From a virus, in IMG/VR virus record IMGVR_UViG_3300031857_000025: a stretch of 64,000 nucleotides of DNA; one strand, 5' to 3'. Numbering within the stretch: the first letter of the stretch is position 1; every line of letters begins with the position of its first letter. The notes under the pieces were generated by a model. The model saw only the letters and a list, made by a program, of their open reading frames with translations. It made no database searches and was not told the DNA's origin. Positions 50,421 to 59,137 of the stretch are shown one piece after another. The position numbers were made by a program, and so were the translations under genes.

Positions 50421-51026
50421 ATGAGCAAACAACTTTTAGTTGATTATACAGTATTTGAAGTATCACCTCAACAAATAAACGAATCATTAACACAAAATAA
50501 CGGACGTTTAATTGTTAATGGAGTACTACAACGTGCTAATGCTCAGAATCAAAACGGCCGTGTATATCCAATGGAAATATTACAACGTGAAGCAAAAAAA
50601 TATAGTCAAACATTTATTGCGGAACGTAGAGCATTAGGAGAACTAGACCATCCAGATTCATCTGTTGTTAATTTGAATAACGTTAGTCATAATGTATTAG
50701 GTATGAATTGGAATGGTAACGATCTTGTCGGTACAGTAGAAATTCTCAATACACCGTCAGGTAATATACTTAAAGCATTATTTCAATCAGGAATTCGTTT
50801 AGGTATTTCATCACGCGGCATGGGGTCAGTTAAAGAAGTAATGCGTGAAGGAAATGCTACATTAGTAGTACAAGATGACTTTGATTTGATTGCATTTGAC
50901 TTTGTAAGTAATCCATCCACCCACGGAGCTTTCTTATCACCCGTCAATGAGTCAGTTAATAAAGTAATAAATGACAAATACGGTCATATAAATCGTATTA
51001 TACAAGATATCATAATGGAGTTTTAA
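50421..51026 (+). CDS. prohead core protease (gp21-like)
   Basis: NQNGRVYP, ALGELDHP, VSH, TPSG, LGISSRGMGS, DFVSNPSTHGA. Confidence 0.95.
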   Translation: MSKQLLVDYTVFEVSPQQINESLTQNNGRLIVNGVLQRANAQNQNGRVYPMEILQREAKKYSQTFIAERRALGELDHPDSSVVNLNNVSHNVLGMNWNGNDLVGTVEILNTPSGNILKALFQSGIRLGISSRGMGSVKEVMREGNATLVVQDDFDLIAFDFVSNPSTHGAFLSPVNESVNKVINDKYGHINRIIQDIIMEF

Positions 51027-51027
51027 T

Positions 51028-51288
51028 ATGCCATCATTATTAGAATTAGCACATACATCACAATACGGGCCTATCAATCCAGGACAAATGGGAACTGGAT
51101 ATACTACTGGTCCTAATGCAGAACCATTGGTTAACATGCAATTAGGTAACCCAGTTGCTAGTTCTGTATCATTTGATAGTTTGGAACAAGCATCTCATAA
51201 CAGTCTTTATGGTCCTTATAATACGCCAGGTCAGCCAGGCGCTGGATTTATTCCAGATCCATTTGCAAATATACCGCCTGAACTATAA
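51028..51288 (+). CDS. Gly/Pro-rich small protein with internal duplication
   Basis: SLLELAHTSQYGPINPGQMG and SLEQASHNSLYGPYNTPGQPG. Confidence 0.6.
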   Translation: MPSLLELAHTSQYGPINPGQMGTGYTTGPNAEPLVNMQLGNPVASSVSFDSLEQASHNSLYGPYNTPGQPGAGFIPDPFANIPPEL

Positions 51289-51296
51289 GGATTAGT

Positions 51297-51635
51297 ATGA
51301 ACTTAAAACATAAGTATAATAAACTGTTTACGGGTAAGCCAAAGTCTAATGATCAGTTACTTACGGAAGGTACTGTATTTTTAGGTATTGGAAACGCTAA
51401 ACGTAAAATTAATGAAGCAGAAAATGCCTCATATTATCAGGATCTTATGTCACAATTAGATGAAGCTGTAGCACAACTTAATCAGGTAATAGCTGATATA
51501 GATGCTCAGACAGAAGATGATATGGCATATGATTATGAAGTGAAAGCTGCACGTACAACAATTAACCGTTACGGTTCAGCTGCAATGAAAAATATAGCAG
51601 GTATTAGAAAAGTACTTAGAGGATTATCAAAATGA
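51297..51635 (+). CDS. hypothetical, putative internal head protein
   Basis: LLTE and INE sites; AAGGA SD. Confidence 0.6.
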   Translation: MNLKHKYNKLFTGKPKSNDQLLTEGTVFLGIGNAKRKINEAENASYYQDLMSQLDEAVAQLNQVIADIDAQTEDDMAYDYEVKAARTTINRYGSAAMKNIAGIRKVLRGLSK

Positions 51636-52042
51636 AAAAGTTTGAACAACAATTACTACGTAGTATCTTAAATGAAAAGTATTTAGGAGAAACTGAAAAA
51701 CCTAAAATGACTAAAGAGGAAAAGAAAGCTTTCTTGGAAGCAGTATCTCAATATCATAAGTTAGGAGAAATGGTTTACCGTAACAATCAGTTATCAGAAT
51801 TATCAGAGACATTAAGTAACATTGTTACTACTGCAGAAAATTTAACTATGCAAGAGTCTGAACATTGGTTTGATAATGTTACGGTTAGCCGTCATATGAA
51901 GCAAATACAAGAAGCCTTTAAGGTATTTGAAAAGACTGCCGGTGAGATGTCAGGCATGCAACAACGTTTAGAAGCTGCATACGAAGATATTGGTACAGTA
52001 CTAAACAAGTACTATAATGTAAATAATGCATTAGAAGGATAA
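51632..52042 (+). CDS. hypothetical, putative internal head protein
   Basis: LLRSILNE leader. Confidence 0.6.
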   Translation: MKKFEQQLLRSILNEKYLGETEKPKMTKEEKKAFLEAVSQYHKLGEMVYRNNQLSELSETLSNIVTTAENLTMQESEHWFDNVTVSRHMKQIQEAFKVFEKTAGEMSGMQQRLEAAYEDIGTVLNKYYNVNNALEG

Positions 52043-52043
52043 A

Positions 52044-52358
52044 ATGAATTTCATAACAAGTTACTGGAGAGAGTTATTGATATTGGTATTATTTGTATCA
52101 TTGTTAATAACTCTTTCTATGTTATATAATAAACCAACTGTTACGGTAACTATAGAAGATACCAAACAGATTGAACGCCTTAGGGAACAAGTTAATAAGT
52201 TAAACTCAGATCTATCAAATCTACAAACGGCTTATGATAATAAACAAGGTGAAACAGTTACACGAATAAAAAAAATAAAAGAACGCAATGCTGAAGAAAT
52301 TAACGCTCTTGATAAGTTGTCTACTGCTGGCCGCGATAGTGTCTGGACAACATTTTAG
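52044..52358 (+). CDS. N-anchored coiled-coil membrane protein (i-spanin-like)
   Basis: N-terminal TM followed by a coiled coil. Confidence 0.45.
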   Translation: MNFITSYWRELLILVLFVSLLITLSMLYNKPTVTVTIEDTKQIERLREQVNKLNSDLSNLQTAYDNKQGETVTRIKKIKERNAEEINALDKLSTAGRDSVWTTF

Positions 52359-52722
52359 TCCTAAACGTATAGTATATAATAACGACTCCTTAGTTTGTTT
52401 TTCATATAAACAAGAGTTGGATCTATTACGTAAAATTAAATTATGTAACGGCGTTGAAATTGAATTAACAGAGACTCGCTCGTTATGGAATGATTGTAAT
52501 AAGCAATTAACCATAGAACGTAAATATTACAAAGATTTAAACAAGTTATATACAGACCTAGAAACGGAAGCAGATAGTCTTCGTACTAAATATCAGAATG
52601 AAATTGTATTACATGCTAATACTAAAGCATTATTAGATACTGAAACCAATCGTAAGCGTAACTGGAGAATGGCAGCAATAGCCGAAGGCATAATAATAGT
52701 TGCTATTTTTCTTGTTAAATAA
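52288..52722 (+). CDS. secreted coiled-coil protein with C-terminal TM (spanin partner-like)
   Basis: Signal peptide ending VSG|Q, coiled coil, C-terminal hydrophobic helix; overlaps the previous gene. Confidence 0.45.
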   Translation: MLKKLTLLISCLLLAAIVSGQHFSPKRIVYNNDSLVCFSYKQELDLLRKIKLCNGVEIELTETRSLWNDCNKQLTIERKYYKDLNKLYTDLETEADSLRTKYQNEIVLHANTKALLDTETNRKRNWRMAAIAEGIIIVAIFLVK

Positions 52723-52757
52723 AGAAATAGTTATTATAATAATCAAAAATAAGTTAT

Positions 52758-53015
52758 ATGAATTACATAAGTAAAAAACAAAAACATTTTGCAAGCATCC
52801 AACCCGGAGTAGAAATTGGAGCTCGAGTAGTAAAAATTGGAGACCGTGGAGACATTTCATTTGCTTTACGTAAATGGAAAAAGGGTCTTAAAGATTCTGG
52901 TAAATTAGAAATCCTAAAGGAACGGCAAGAATATATTCCTGCTTCAGTTACTAAAAGGATTAATAGAGAAAGGGCTAGGTTTATAGCTCAAAGAGAATCA
53001 GAACGAAACGGTTAA
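52758..53015 (+). CDS. rpsU: phage-encoded ribosomal protein bS21
   Basis: DISFALRKWKK..KDSGKLEILKERQEYIPASVTKR..RERARF follows the bS21 pattern (AL++FK+...G...E.+.R..Y.KPS..++). Confidence 0.85.
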   Translation: MNYISKKQKHFASIQPGVEIGARVVKIGDRGDISFALRKWKKGLKDSGKLEILKERQEYIPASVTKRINRERARFIAQRESERNG

Positions 53016-53030
53016 CAAAACAAAGTTTAT

Positions 53031-53059
53031 AAAAAGATGTCAGTAACGGCATCTTTTTT
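53031..53059 (+). terminator. rho-independent terminator
   Basis: AAAAAGATGTC-AGTAAC-GGCATCTTTTTT. Confidence 0.8.
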
Positions 53060-53186
53060 ACTATTCGTTATATATATAATTGTTAATGATACCGTAACAG
53101 TCTATTATACGGTCACTCAAATTATATTATACAAATTATTAAGACTCTGAATAGTCTTATTTCCAAATTAAATACGAGGACAAATT

Positions 53187-54062
53187 ATGAACAAACTCTT
53201 AAAAGAGGCAATCGCAGATGCTAAAGCTGTTCGTGAGACTGCATTAGCAAACGCAAAAATTGCATTAGAAGAAACATTCAGACCAAGACTTCAAAACATG
53301 ATTTCTGCCCGTTTAGCTGAAGAAGAGGATATGGACGACGACATGGATGACATGGACGATGAAGAAATGCCAGCTCCTGCTCCTGCTGAAGAAGGATATG
53401 AAAATGATGAAGATGGTACTCCTAATCCAGGACCAGCTATTGAAGAAGAAGATGACATGGACGGTGTAGATGAAGAATTAGATCTAGAAGCTATCATCCG
53501 TGAACTTGAAGGCGATGAAGAAGAAATGGCTACCGAAGGTGAAGAAGAAGAAATGCCTATGGAAGGTGAAGAAGAAGAAATGGCTAATGAGGCTGAGGAC
53601 AAAGAAATGGACGAGGAAATTGATATCAATGAAATCATCCGTTCTTTAACTGAAGAAGAAGATTCTGAAGAAATGACTAACGAAGAAGAAGATTCTGAAG
53701 AAACGCCAAGTAAGGATCTAGAAGAAGCTTATCGTGTTATCAAATTCATGCAATCTAAACTTAATGAAGTAAATCTTCTTAATGCAAAATTATTATTTTC
53801 TAACAAGTTGTTTAGAAATTATGAGTTAAATGAATCTCAAAAGATGAAAGTAATTGAAAACTTTGACCGTGCAAATAGCTTGCGTGAAGTTAAATTAGTT
53901 TACAGTACTATCTGTGAGTCATTGACAACTAAAAAAGCAAAAAAACAAATCAAAGAAAGCTATGCTTCTAAACCAACCCGTAGTACTGCTCCAAAGAAAG
54001 AAATTCTTTCTGAAGGAAATGCTTTAGCTGCTCGTTGGAAGAAATTAGCTAACTTAAAGTAA
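53187..54062 (+). CDS. prohead core scaffolding protein (gp22-like)
   Basis: LLKEAIADAKAVRETA, very acidic middle, EVNLLNAKLL; directly upstream of the major capsid gene. Confidence 0.8.
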   Translation: MNKLLKEAIADAKAVRETALANAKIALEETFRPRLQNMISARLAEEEDMDDDMDDMDDEEMPAPAPAEEGYENDEDGTPNPGPAIEEEDDMDGVDEELDLEAIIRELEGDEEEMATEGEEEEMPMEGEEEEMANEAEDKEMDEEIDINEIIRSLTEEEDSEEMTNEEEDSEETPSKDLEEAYRVIKFMQSKLNEVNLLNAKLLFSNKLFRNYELNESQKMKVIENFDRANSLREVKLVYSTICESLTTKKAKKQIKESYASKPTRSTAPKKEILSEGNALAARWKKLANLK

Positions 54063-54083
54063 AAAATTAACAAAAGGAAAAAA

Positions 54084-55787
54084 ATGAATTTAAACTCATT
54101 ATTACCTCATGAATCAAATGCAACTCAACATGCTGCTGCGATCGCTTTGGAAAAGAAGTGGCAGAAGACCGGTTTGTTGGAAGGTTTGAACGGAGAGGTT
54201 GAAAGACGTGGTATGGCTGTTCTTTTAGAGAACCAAGCCAAGCAACTTGTAACTGAAGCAAACCAAACTGGTACTGGTGCAAATGCAGAAGATTGGAACG
54301 GTGTTGCCCTTCCATTGGTTCGTCGTATCTTTGCTGAAATTGCTGCGAAAGATTTCGTTAGTGTTCAGCCAATGAACTTGCCATCTGGTCTAGTGTTCTT
54401 CTTGGATTTCAAATATGGAAACAAGCAAGGAACTACTGGTACAGCTGGTGGTAACGATTTCTTATCCGGTGTTGGTCGTACTTCACAAAACGATTCTGTA
54501 TTCGGTGTAACTGATGCTACTAAAGGTACTACTGCCGGAACCGAAGGTCTTTATGGCGCTGGTCGTTTTGGATATACTATTAACGATTATAGCTCATCTC
54601 AATTAACTAATATAACGCCTGCTACTGCAACTACTGCTATTGCAACTACTAGATTTGCAACCGGCTCAGTTAGCCCAGCTGATGTTAACTTTGACACTGA
54701 ATTCTTGAATAGCACTGGTTCAACTGCTGCTTTAATTCAAACTTTAGATGTTAAGTTGTCTGACCTTGATGGTGCTGATACTAACGGTGTACGTGCATTT
54801 AACTTAGTTGATGCTGACGGTGATATTACAGCTGTATATCCTCAATTCACTAAATTGGTAACTCGTGCAGCTACTAATGATACTGTTCGTTTCGTTGTTA
54901 AATTAGCTTCCGCCGGTGTTACAGTAACACCAAACGTAGTATACCATAAGCAACCAGGTTCAAGCACTCGTGGTGATTTTGAAGATGTAAATGCAATCGG
55001 TGTAAACGGAGCAACGCCAGGTTCAACTTTGGATATTCCAGAAATTAACTTGGAATTGCGCTCTGAGGCTATTGTTGCTAAGACACGTAAGTTAAAGGCA
55101 ATCTGGAGTCCAGAATTTGCTCAAGACTTGAATGCTTATCATTCAATTGACGCTGAAGCAGAATTGACTTCAATGTTATCTGAGTATATCTCTCAAGAAA
55201 TTGATTTAGAGATCTTGGATATGTTGATTCAAAATGCCCAAACAACTGAGCGTTGGTCAGCTCAAATTGGTTTTGTATATGACGCAGCTACTACTTCATT
55301 CGTGAATGGAGCAATCTCTGGTCAAGCATACAACCAAGGAACTTGGTTCCAAACTTTAGGAACTAAGATTCAAAAGGTATCAAACCAAATTCACCGTTTA
55401 ACTTTACGTGGTGGAGCTAACTTCTTAGTATGTTCTCCAACTGTAGCAACTATCCTAGAGTCTATCCCAGGATATGCTGCTGATACTGACGGTGATAAGA
55501 TGCAGTTTGCAATGGGTGTTCAGAAAGTTGGTGCTATTAACAATAGATTCCAAGTTTATAAGAACCCATACATGACTGAAAATACCATCTTAATGGGATA
55601 CCGTGGAAGTCAATTCTTGGAAACAGGTGCTGTATATGCTCCATATATTCCATTGATCATGACTCCATTAGTGTACGATCCAACTAACTTCACTCCAAGA
55701 AAAGGTGTGATGACTCGTTACGCTAAGAAAATGGTACGTCCAGAATTCTATGGTAAAGTATTTGTACATGGTTTAGACCGCGTATAA
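54084..55787 (+). CDS. major capsid protein (gp23-like)
   Basis: LLENQ, LPLVRR, VSVQPMNLPSGLVF, AKTRKLKA.WSPEFAQDL, EIDLEI, YAPYIPL, PRKGVMTRY. Confidence 0.97.
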   Translation: MNLNSLLPHESNATQHAAAIALEKKWQKTGLLEGLNGEVERRGMAVLLENQAKQLVTEANQTGTGANAEDWNGVALPLVRRIFAEIAAKDFVSVQPMNLPSGLVFFLDFKYGNKQGTTGTAGGNDFLSGVGRTSQNDSVFGVTDATKGTTAGTEGLYGAGRFGYTINDYSSSQLTNITPATATTAIATTRFATGSVSPADVNFDTEFLNSTGSTAALIQTLDVKLSDLDGADTNGVRAFNLVDADGDITAVYPQFTKLVTRAATNDTVRFVVKLASAGVTVTPNVVYHKQPGSSTRGDFEDVNAIGVNGATPGSTLDIPEINLELRSEAIVAKTRKLKAIWSPEFAQDLNAYHSIDAEAELTSMLSEYISQEIDLEILDMLIQNAQTTERWSAQIGFVYDAATTSFVNGAISGQAYNQGTWFQTLGTKIQKVSNQIHRLTLRGGANFLVCSPTVATILESIPGYAADTDGDKMQFAMGVQKVGAINNRFQVYKNPYMTENTILMGYRGSQFLETGAVYAPYIPLIMTPLVYDPTNFTPRKGVMTRYAKKMVRPEFYGKVFVHGLDRV

Positions 55788-55806
55788 TCTTAACTGATTG
55801 TATATT

Positions 55807-55835
55807 AAAAGGGAAGCTTCGGTTTCCCTTTTTTT
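55807..55835 (+). terminator. rho-independent terminator after major capsid gene
   Basis: AAAAGGGAAGC-TTCG-GTTTCCCTTTTTTT. Confidence 0.9.
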
Positions 55836-55867
55836 ATGTCTTTATATTTATACAAAAGGTAAAAGTT

Positions 55868-56548
55868 ATGGACCAACCAACCAAGTTATCAAATTTAGAA
55901 AAGCGTAAGCCTAAGAATCCTATTAAGTTTAAATTGGAACTTAATGAAGAGCAAAAGGTAGCTAAGTCATTAATATTTGATAATCCAGTAGTATTGATCA
56001 AAGGACAAGCAGGTTCTGGTAAAACTCTACTTGCATGCCAATGTGCATTAGATATGTTTTTTAAACGTGAAATTGAAAAAATAGTTATCACAAGACCGAC
56101 GGTTGCAAAAGAAGATATCGGATTCCTACCTGGCGACTTAAAAGAAAAAATGGATCCATGGTTAGCTCCTATCTATGCTAATCTATACATGTTATATAAT
56201 AGAGAAGGTGTAGATAAAATGGCAGCTGAAGGTAATATTGAAATTGTGCCATTTGCATTTATGCGTGGACGTACTTTTCCAAATACATTTGTACTTGTAG
56301 ACGAATGCCAGAACATAACACATAGTCAGACTGAAATGATGTTAGGTCGTTTAGGTAAGGGCGGTAAGATGGTATTCTGTGGTGATATTAGTCAAACAGA
56401 CTTAAAAAATAAAAAAGATTCTGGTATTAGTTTCTTTACTCGTCTTGAAGAAAATGTTAAAGGTGTACGTGTTTGTACTCTTAAGACTAATCACCGACAT
56501 GAAATTGTTGAGCCAATCCTTAATATTTACTCAGAATACCGTGATTAA
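55868..56548 (+). CDS. phoH: PhoH-family ATPase
   Basis: GQAGSGKT, IGFLPGDLKEKMDPW, FMRGRTF, VDECQN, GDISQTD. Confidence 0.93.
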   Translation: MDQPTKLSNLEKRKPKNPIKFKLELNEEQKVAKSLIFDNPVVLIKGQAGSGKTLLACQCALDMFFKREIEKIVITRPTVAKEDIGFLPGDLKEKMDPWLAPIYANLYMLYNREGVDKMAAEGNIEIVPFAFMRGRTFPNTFVLVDECQNITHSQTEMMLGRLGKGGKMVFCGDISQTDLKNKKDSGISFFTRLEENVKGVRVCTLKTNHRHEIVEPILNIYSEYRD

Positions 56549-56711
56549 AAAAGTCAAAGTGTATCTACTATGAATTAGATATTAACTAGGACTTATAGAA
56601 TAGTATACTTGTTCGGTAATGATACTATAGTATAATAAAAATACCATAGTTATCATACTACATGTACTGCATGAAATACATATTTATATAAAAAATGCAT
56701 AGAAGAGCTAC

Positions 56712-57065
56712 ATGCGAGTAATACAGGTATTTTCACAAGGACCGCAAGGTATTCCTGGACCAATAGGCCCACAAGGCCCACAAGGTCCTGCAGGATCTTC
56801 AACAGCGGCAGGTCCATTTTTTATTAAAGCAGATCAATATAATACGTGGTTTACTACAAGTAGTATTTTAATTTCTAGTTCATTGCAAATACAAAGTGAT
56901 GAGGATAATTTATTAACAGTTAATAACAGTACTGGCAGTACTATTTTTACTGTAACGCAAAGTGGTTATGTGGTTATAGCTACACAGAGTATGTTATTAA
57001 CTAATCCTGCACCATATGGCGGAATATATTTTACATCGTCTAGTTTTTTTGTAGGATTAGAATAA
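56712..57065 (+). CDS. short collagen-like virion protein
   Basis: GPQGIPGPIGPQGPQGPAG. Confidence 0.65.
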   Translation: MRVIQVFSQGPQGIPGPIGPQGPQGPAGSSTAAGPFFIKADQYNTWFTTSSILISSSLQIQSDEDNLLTVNNSTGSTIFTVTQSGYVVIATQSMLLTNPAPYGGIYFTSSSFFVGLE

Positions 57066-57119
57066 ATAGTTAAAATGAAATATTTATATATATAATTAAA
57101 AAGAATAACAGGATATAAT

Positions 57120-59123
57120 ATGTCAACTCCGACTTGGAAAAAAGTTATAGTATCAGGAAGTCAAGCTGAGTTAGGTGAGTTAAACGTCGGTGCTAACCAA
57201 CAAATATCTAGCTCTGCAGCGGATACATTTTTATCTGGATCATTTTCCGGATCATTCTCAGGTAATTTTAGTATAGGACCTGCTGAAGATGGAACTTATA
57301 CAGATGGTTTATTTACTGACTTTATAACAACAACTCCAATTGGTACAGCTGTTGATAGATTTAATGAGGTATTACGTGGACTAGCTCCATTACAAGCACC
57401 GTTATTAGATTATATTGATGCTACTAGTACTAGTACAAGGGCAAATAATCAGCGGCTATCATTTGACGCTACTAATACAACTGCTTCATATTCGCCTATG
57501 TCCGGTAGTATTACTGCATTTGCTAATATTACTGCATTTAATATGGATTATGCACAAACAGCCGGTGACGGTGGCAATAACATACGATTAGGAGTTATAG
57601 CATCAAGTACTAATCCAGTCGTTTTAACATTAAATAATGATGTATCTGCCGATTCAGCAACAGCTGTTAACTATCCAGCAAATGCATTTAGAGTAACTAA
57701 TGATGTCGGTTTTGGTGAGTCTTATACATTAAATGTTAATGGTAATAATTTTAGTTATACTACTGCTAATGCTAATGCAGTATCTAGCCAAAATTTAGGA
57801 GCAGGTCCTGCAACTATAACACTTGCTGCAGCAAAAACAGGTTCATTTATAAATTCCGGTCAGTCATTTAATTTATGGTGGCACAGAACCGGTTCGGTAT
57901 CAATACCGACATCAATGTGGAGAAGTGGTTCTAATTTTGCAATTGTATCATCATCATTAGGTGTATCATCCGCATATGTAGATTGGGTATATGATCCATT
58001 AGCATCATCAACCGATACTTTATTTCAGTATAGCATAACAACACCTGTATCAGCTTCTATCGATACGGGTAGTATTGTATGGTTATCTGGAATTCCATAT
58101 TGTAATAAATTTGAATATGTGTTTAGTTCATCTATTGATAATTACTATCGTAATACATTTGCAACTACAGCAATTGGCGCAAGTAATGCTGCACAAGGGT
58201 TTAATACATTCCAACTAGGTAACATAACTACTACTATATTAACAGCGGCGGCTGTATCGATTGCTACACCGACATCACCGTCTAGCAGTTTACAAGTTGC
58301 TAGCACTCATAGCGTTAACTCCAACCAAGCTATAACAGGTTCTACTTTATCATCAAGATTTACTGTTACAAATGCATTTGGAAAGACAGCAAATTCAACA
58401 GCATTAACAACGCCAAGAGTAATTGTTAACAGACATAGTAATTCCAATAGTACTACCAGTGAGACATTTACTGGTGAAAATTATCGATTAGAATATGGTA
58501 TTACATATGATAGCCAAGCTAATGTTACTACGTACCTAAATCAATATCCAAGTGCATCTAGTTTAGTCGCAGGTGGTAATACTGATGAGTTAGCAGTCTG
58601 GGTTGCGCCTGGTAGTTCGCCGGTTGGACGTTTAACATACCCGACTAGAGCATTCGGCAGTAGTGTAGGAGGAAATATAAGCGGTATAGGTGCATTATAT
58701 CCTGATAACGCATTTGCATCGCATCCAAATTATAGTGGAGCAACTGGTACACGTTATTATCTGCGTGCCTTCCAAAATGGTGACAGTGTTAAGGCACAAT
58801 TTACTATTGCAATTGCCGGCAGTGGATTAACATTTGTAACAGAAGGAGCTTCAATTGGGTCAAGTATAAAAGTATCAGCAAAGATTCCTGGTACAACAGC
58901 TTGGAGAGACGTACTTACCGGCGCACCTGGTTCGACAGTTGGAATACCAACAGATACAGATAACACATACGGATGTGGATCAGGTATTACTCCACTCGCT
59001 ACTAGCCTAGCCGGTTCAGTAAATTTTGTAAACCAAAATGCAGCTGCAAATCAATATGTATTAATACGCATTACAGCAGCTGCCGGATGGACTGGTACAA
59101 TTACAAGTATATCGTTAACATAA
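57120..59123 (+). CDS. tail fibre/virion structural protein
   Basis: WKKVIVSGS start; Ser/Thr/Gly-rich beta-type sequence; ATATTTAT 57080-57087 upstream. Confidence 0.65.
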   Translation: MSTPTWKKVIVSGSQAELGELNVGANQQISSSAADTFLSGSFSGSFSGNFSIGPAEDGTYTDGLFTDFITTTPIGTAVDRFNEVLRGLAPLQAPLLDYIDATSTSTRANNQRLSFDATNTTASYSPMSGSITAFANITAFNMDYAQTAGDGGNNIRLGVIASSTNPVVLTLNNDVSADSATAVNYPANAFRVTNDVGFGESYTLNVNGNNFSYTTANANAVSSQNLGAGPATITLAAAKTGSFINSGQSFNLWWHRTGSVSIPTSMWRSGSNFAIVSSSLGVSSAYVDWVYDPLASSTDTLFQYSITTPVSASIDTGSIVWLSGIPYCNKFEYVFSSSIDNYYRNTFATTAIGASNAAQGFNTFQLGNITTTILTAAAVSIATPTSPSSSLQVASTHSVNSNQAITGSTLSSRFTVTNAFGKTANSTALTTPRVIVNRHSNSNSTTSETFTGENYRLEYGITYDSQANVTTYLNQYPSASSLVAGGNTDELAVWVAPGSSPVGRLTYPTRAFGSSVGGNISGIGALYPDNAFASHPNYSGATGTRYYLRAFQNGDSVKAQFTIAIAGSGLTFVTEGASIGSSIKVSAKIPGTTAWRDVLTGAPGSTVGIPTDTDNTYGCGSGITPLATSLAGSVNFVNQNAAANQYVLIRITAAAGWTGTITSISLT

Positions 59124-59137
59124 CGTAAGAGAATAAC

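Noticed and set aside
53320-53705. GAAGAAGAA-type tandem repeats
   Set aside because: They encode the acidic low-complexity region normal for scaffold proteins
44084-55787. Introns or inteins in terminase, portal or capsid genes
   Set aside because: Uninterrupted frames, ordinary sizes, and no intein or homing endonuclease motifs
7677-56627. Shared TAATGATAC in three intergenic regions (about 7677, 53084, 56617)
   Set aside because: The same 9-mer occurs several times inside coding sequence (Asn-Asp-Thr), so chance cannot be excluded
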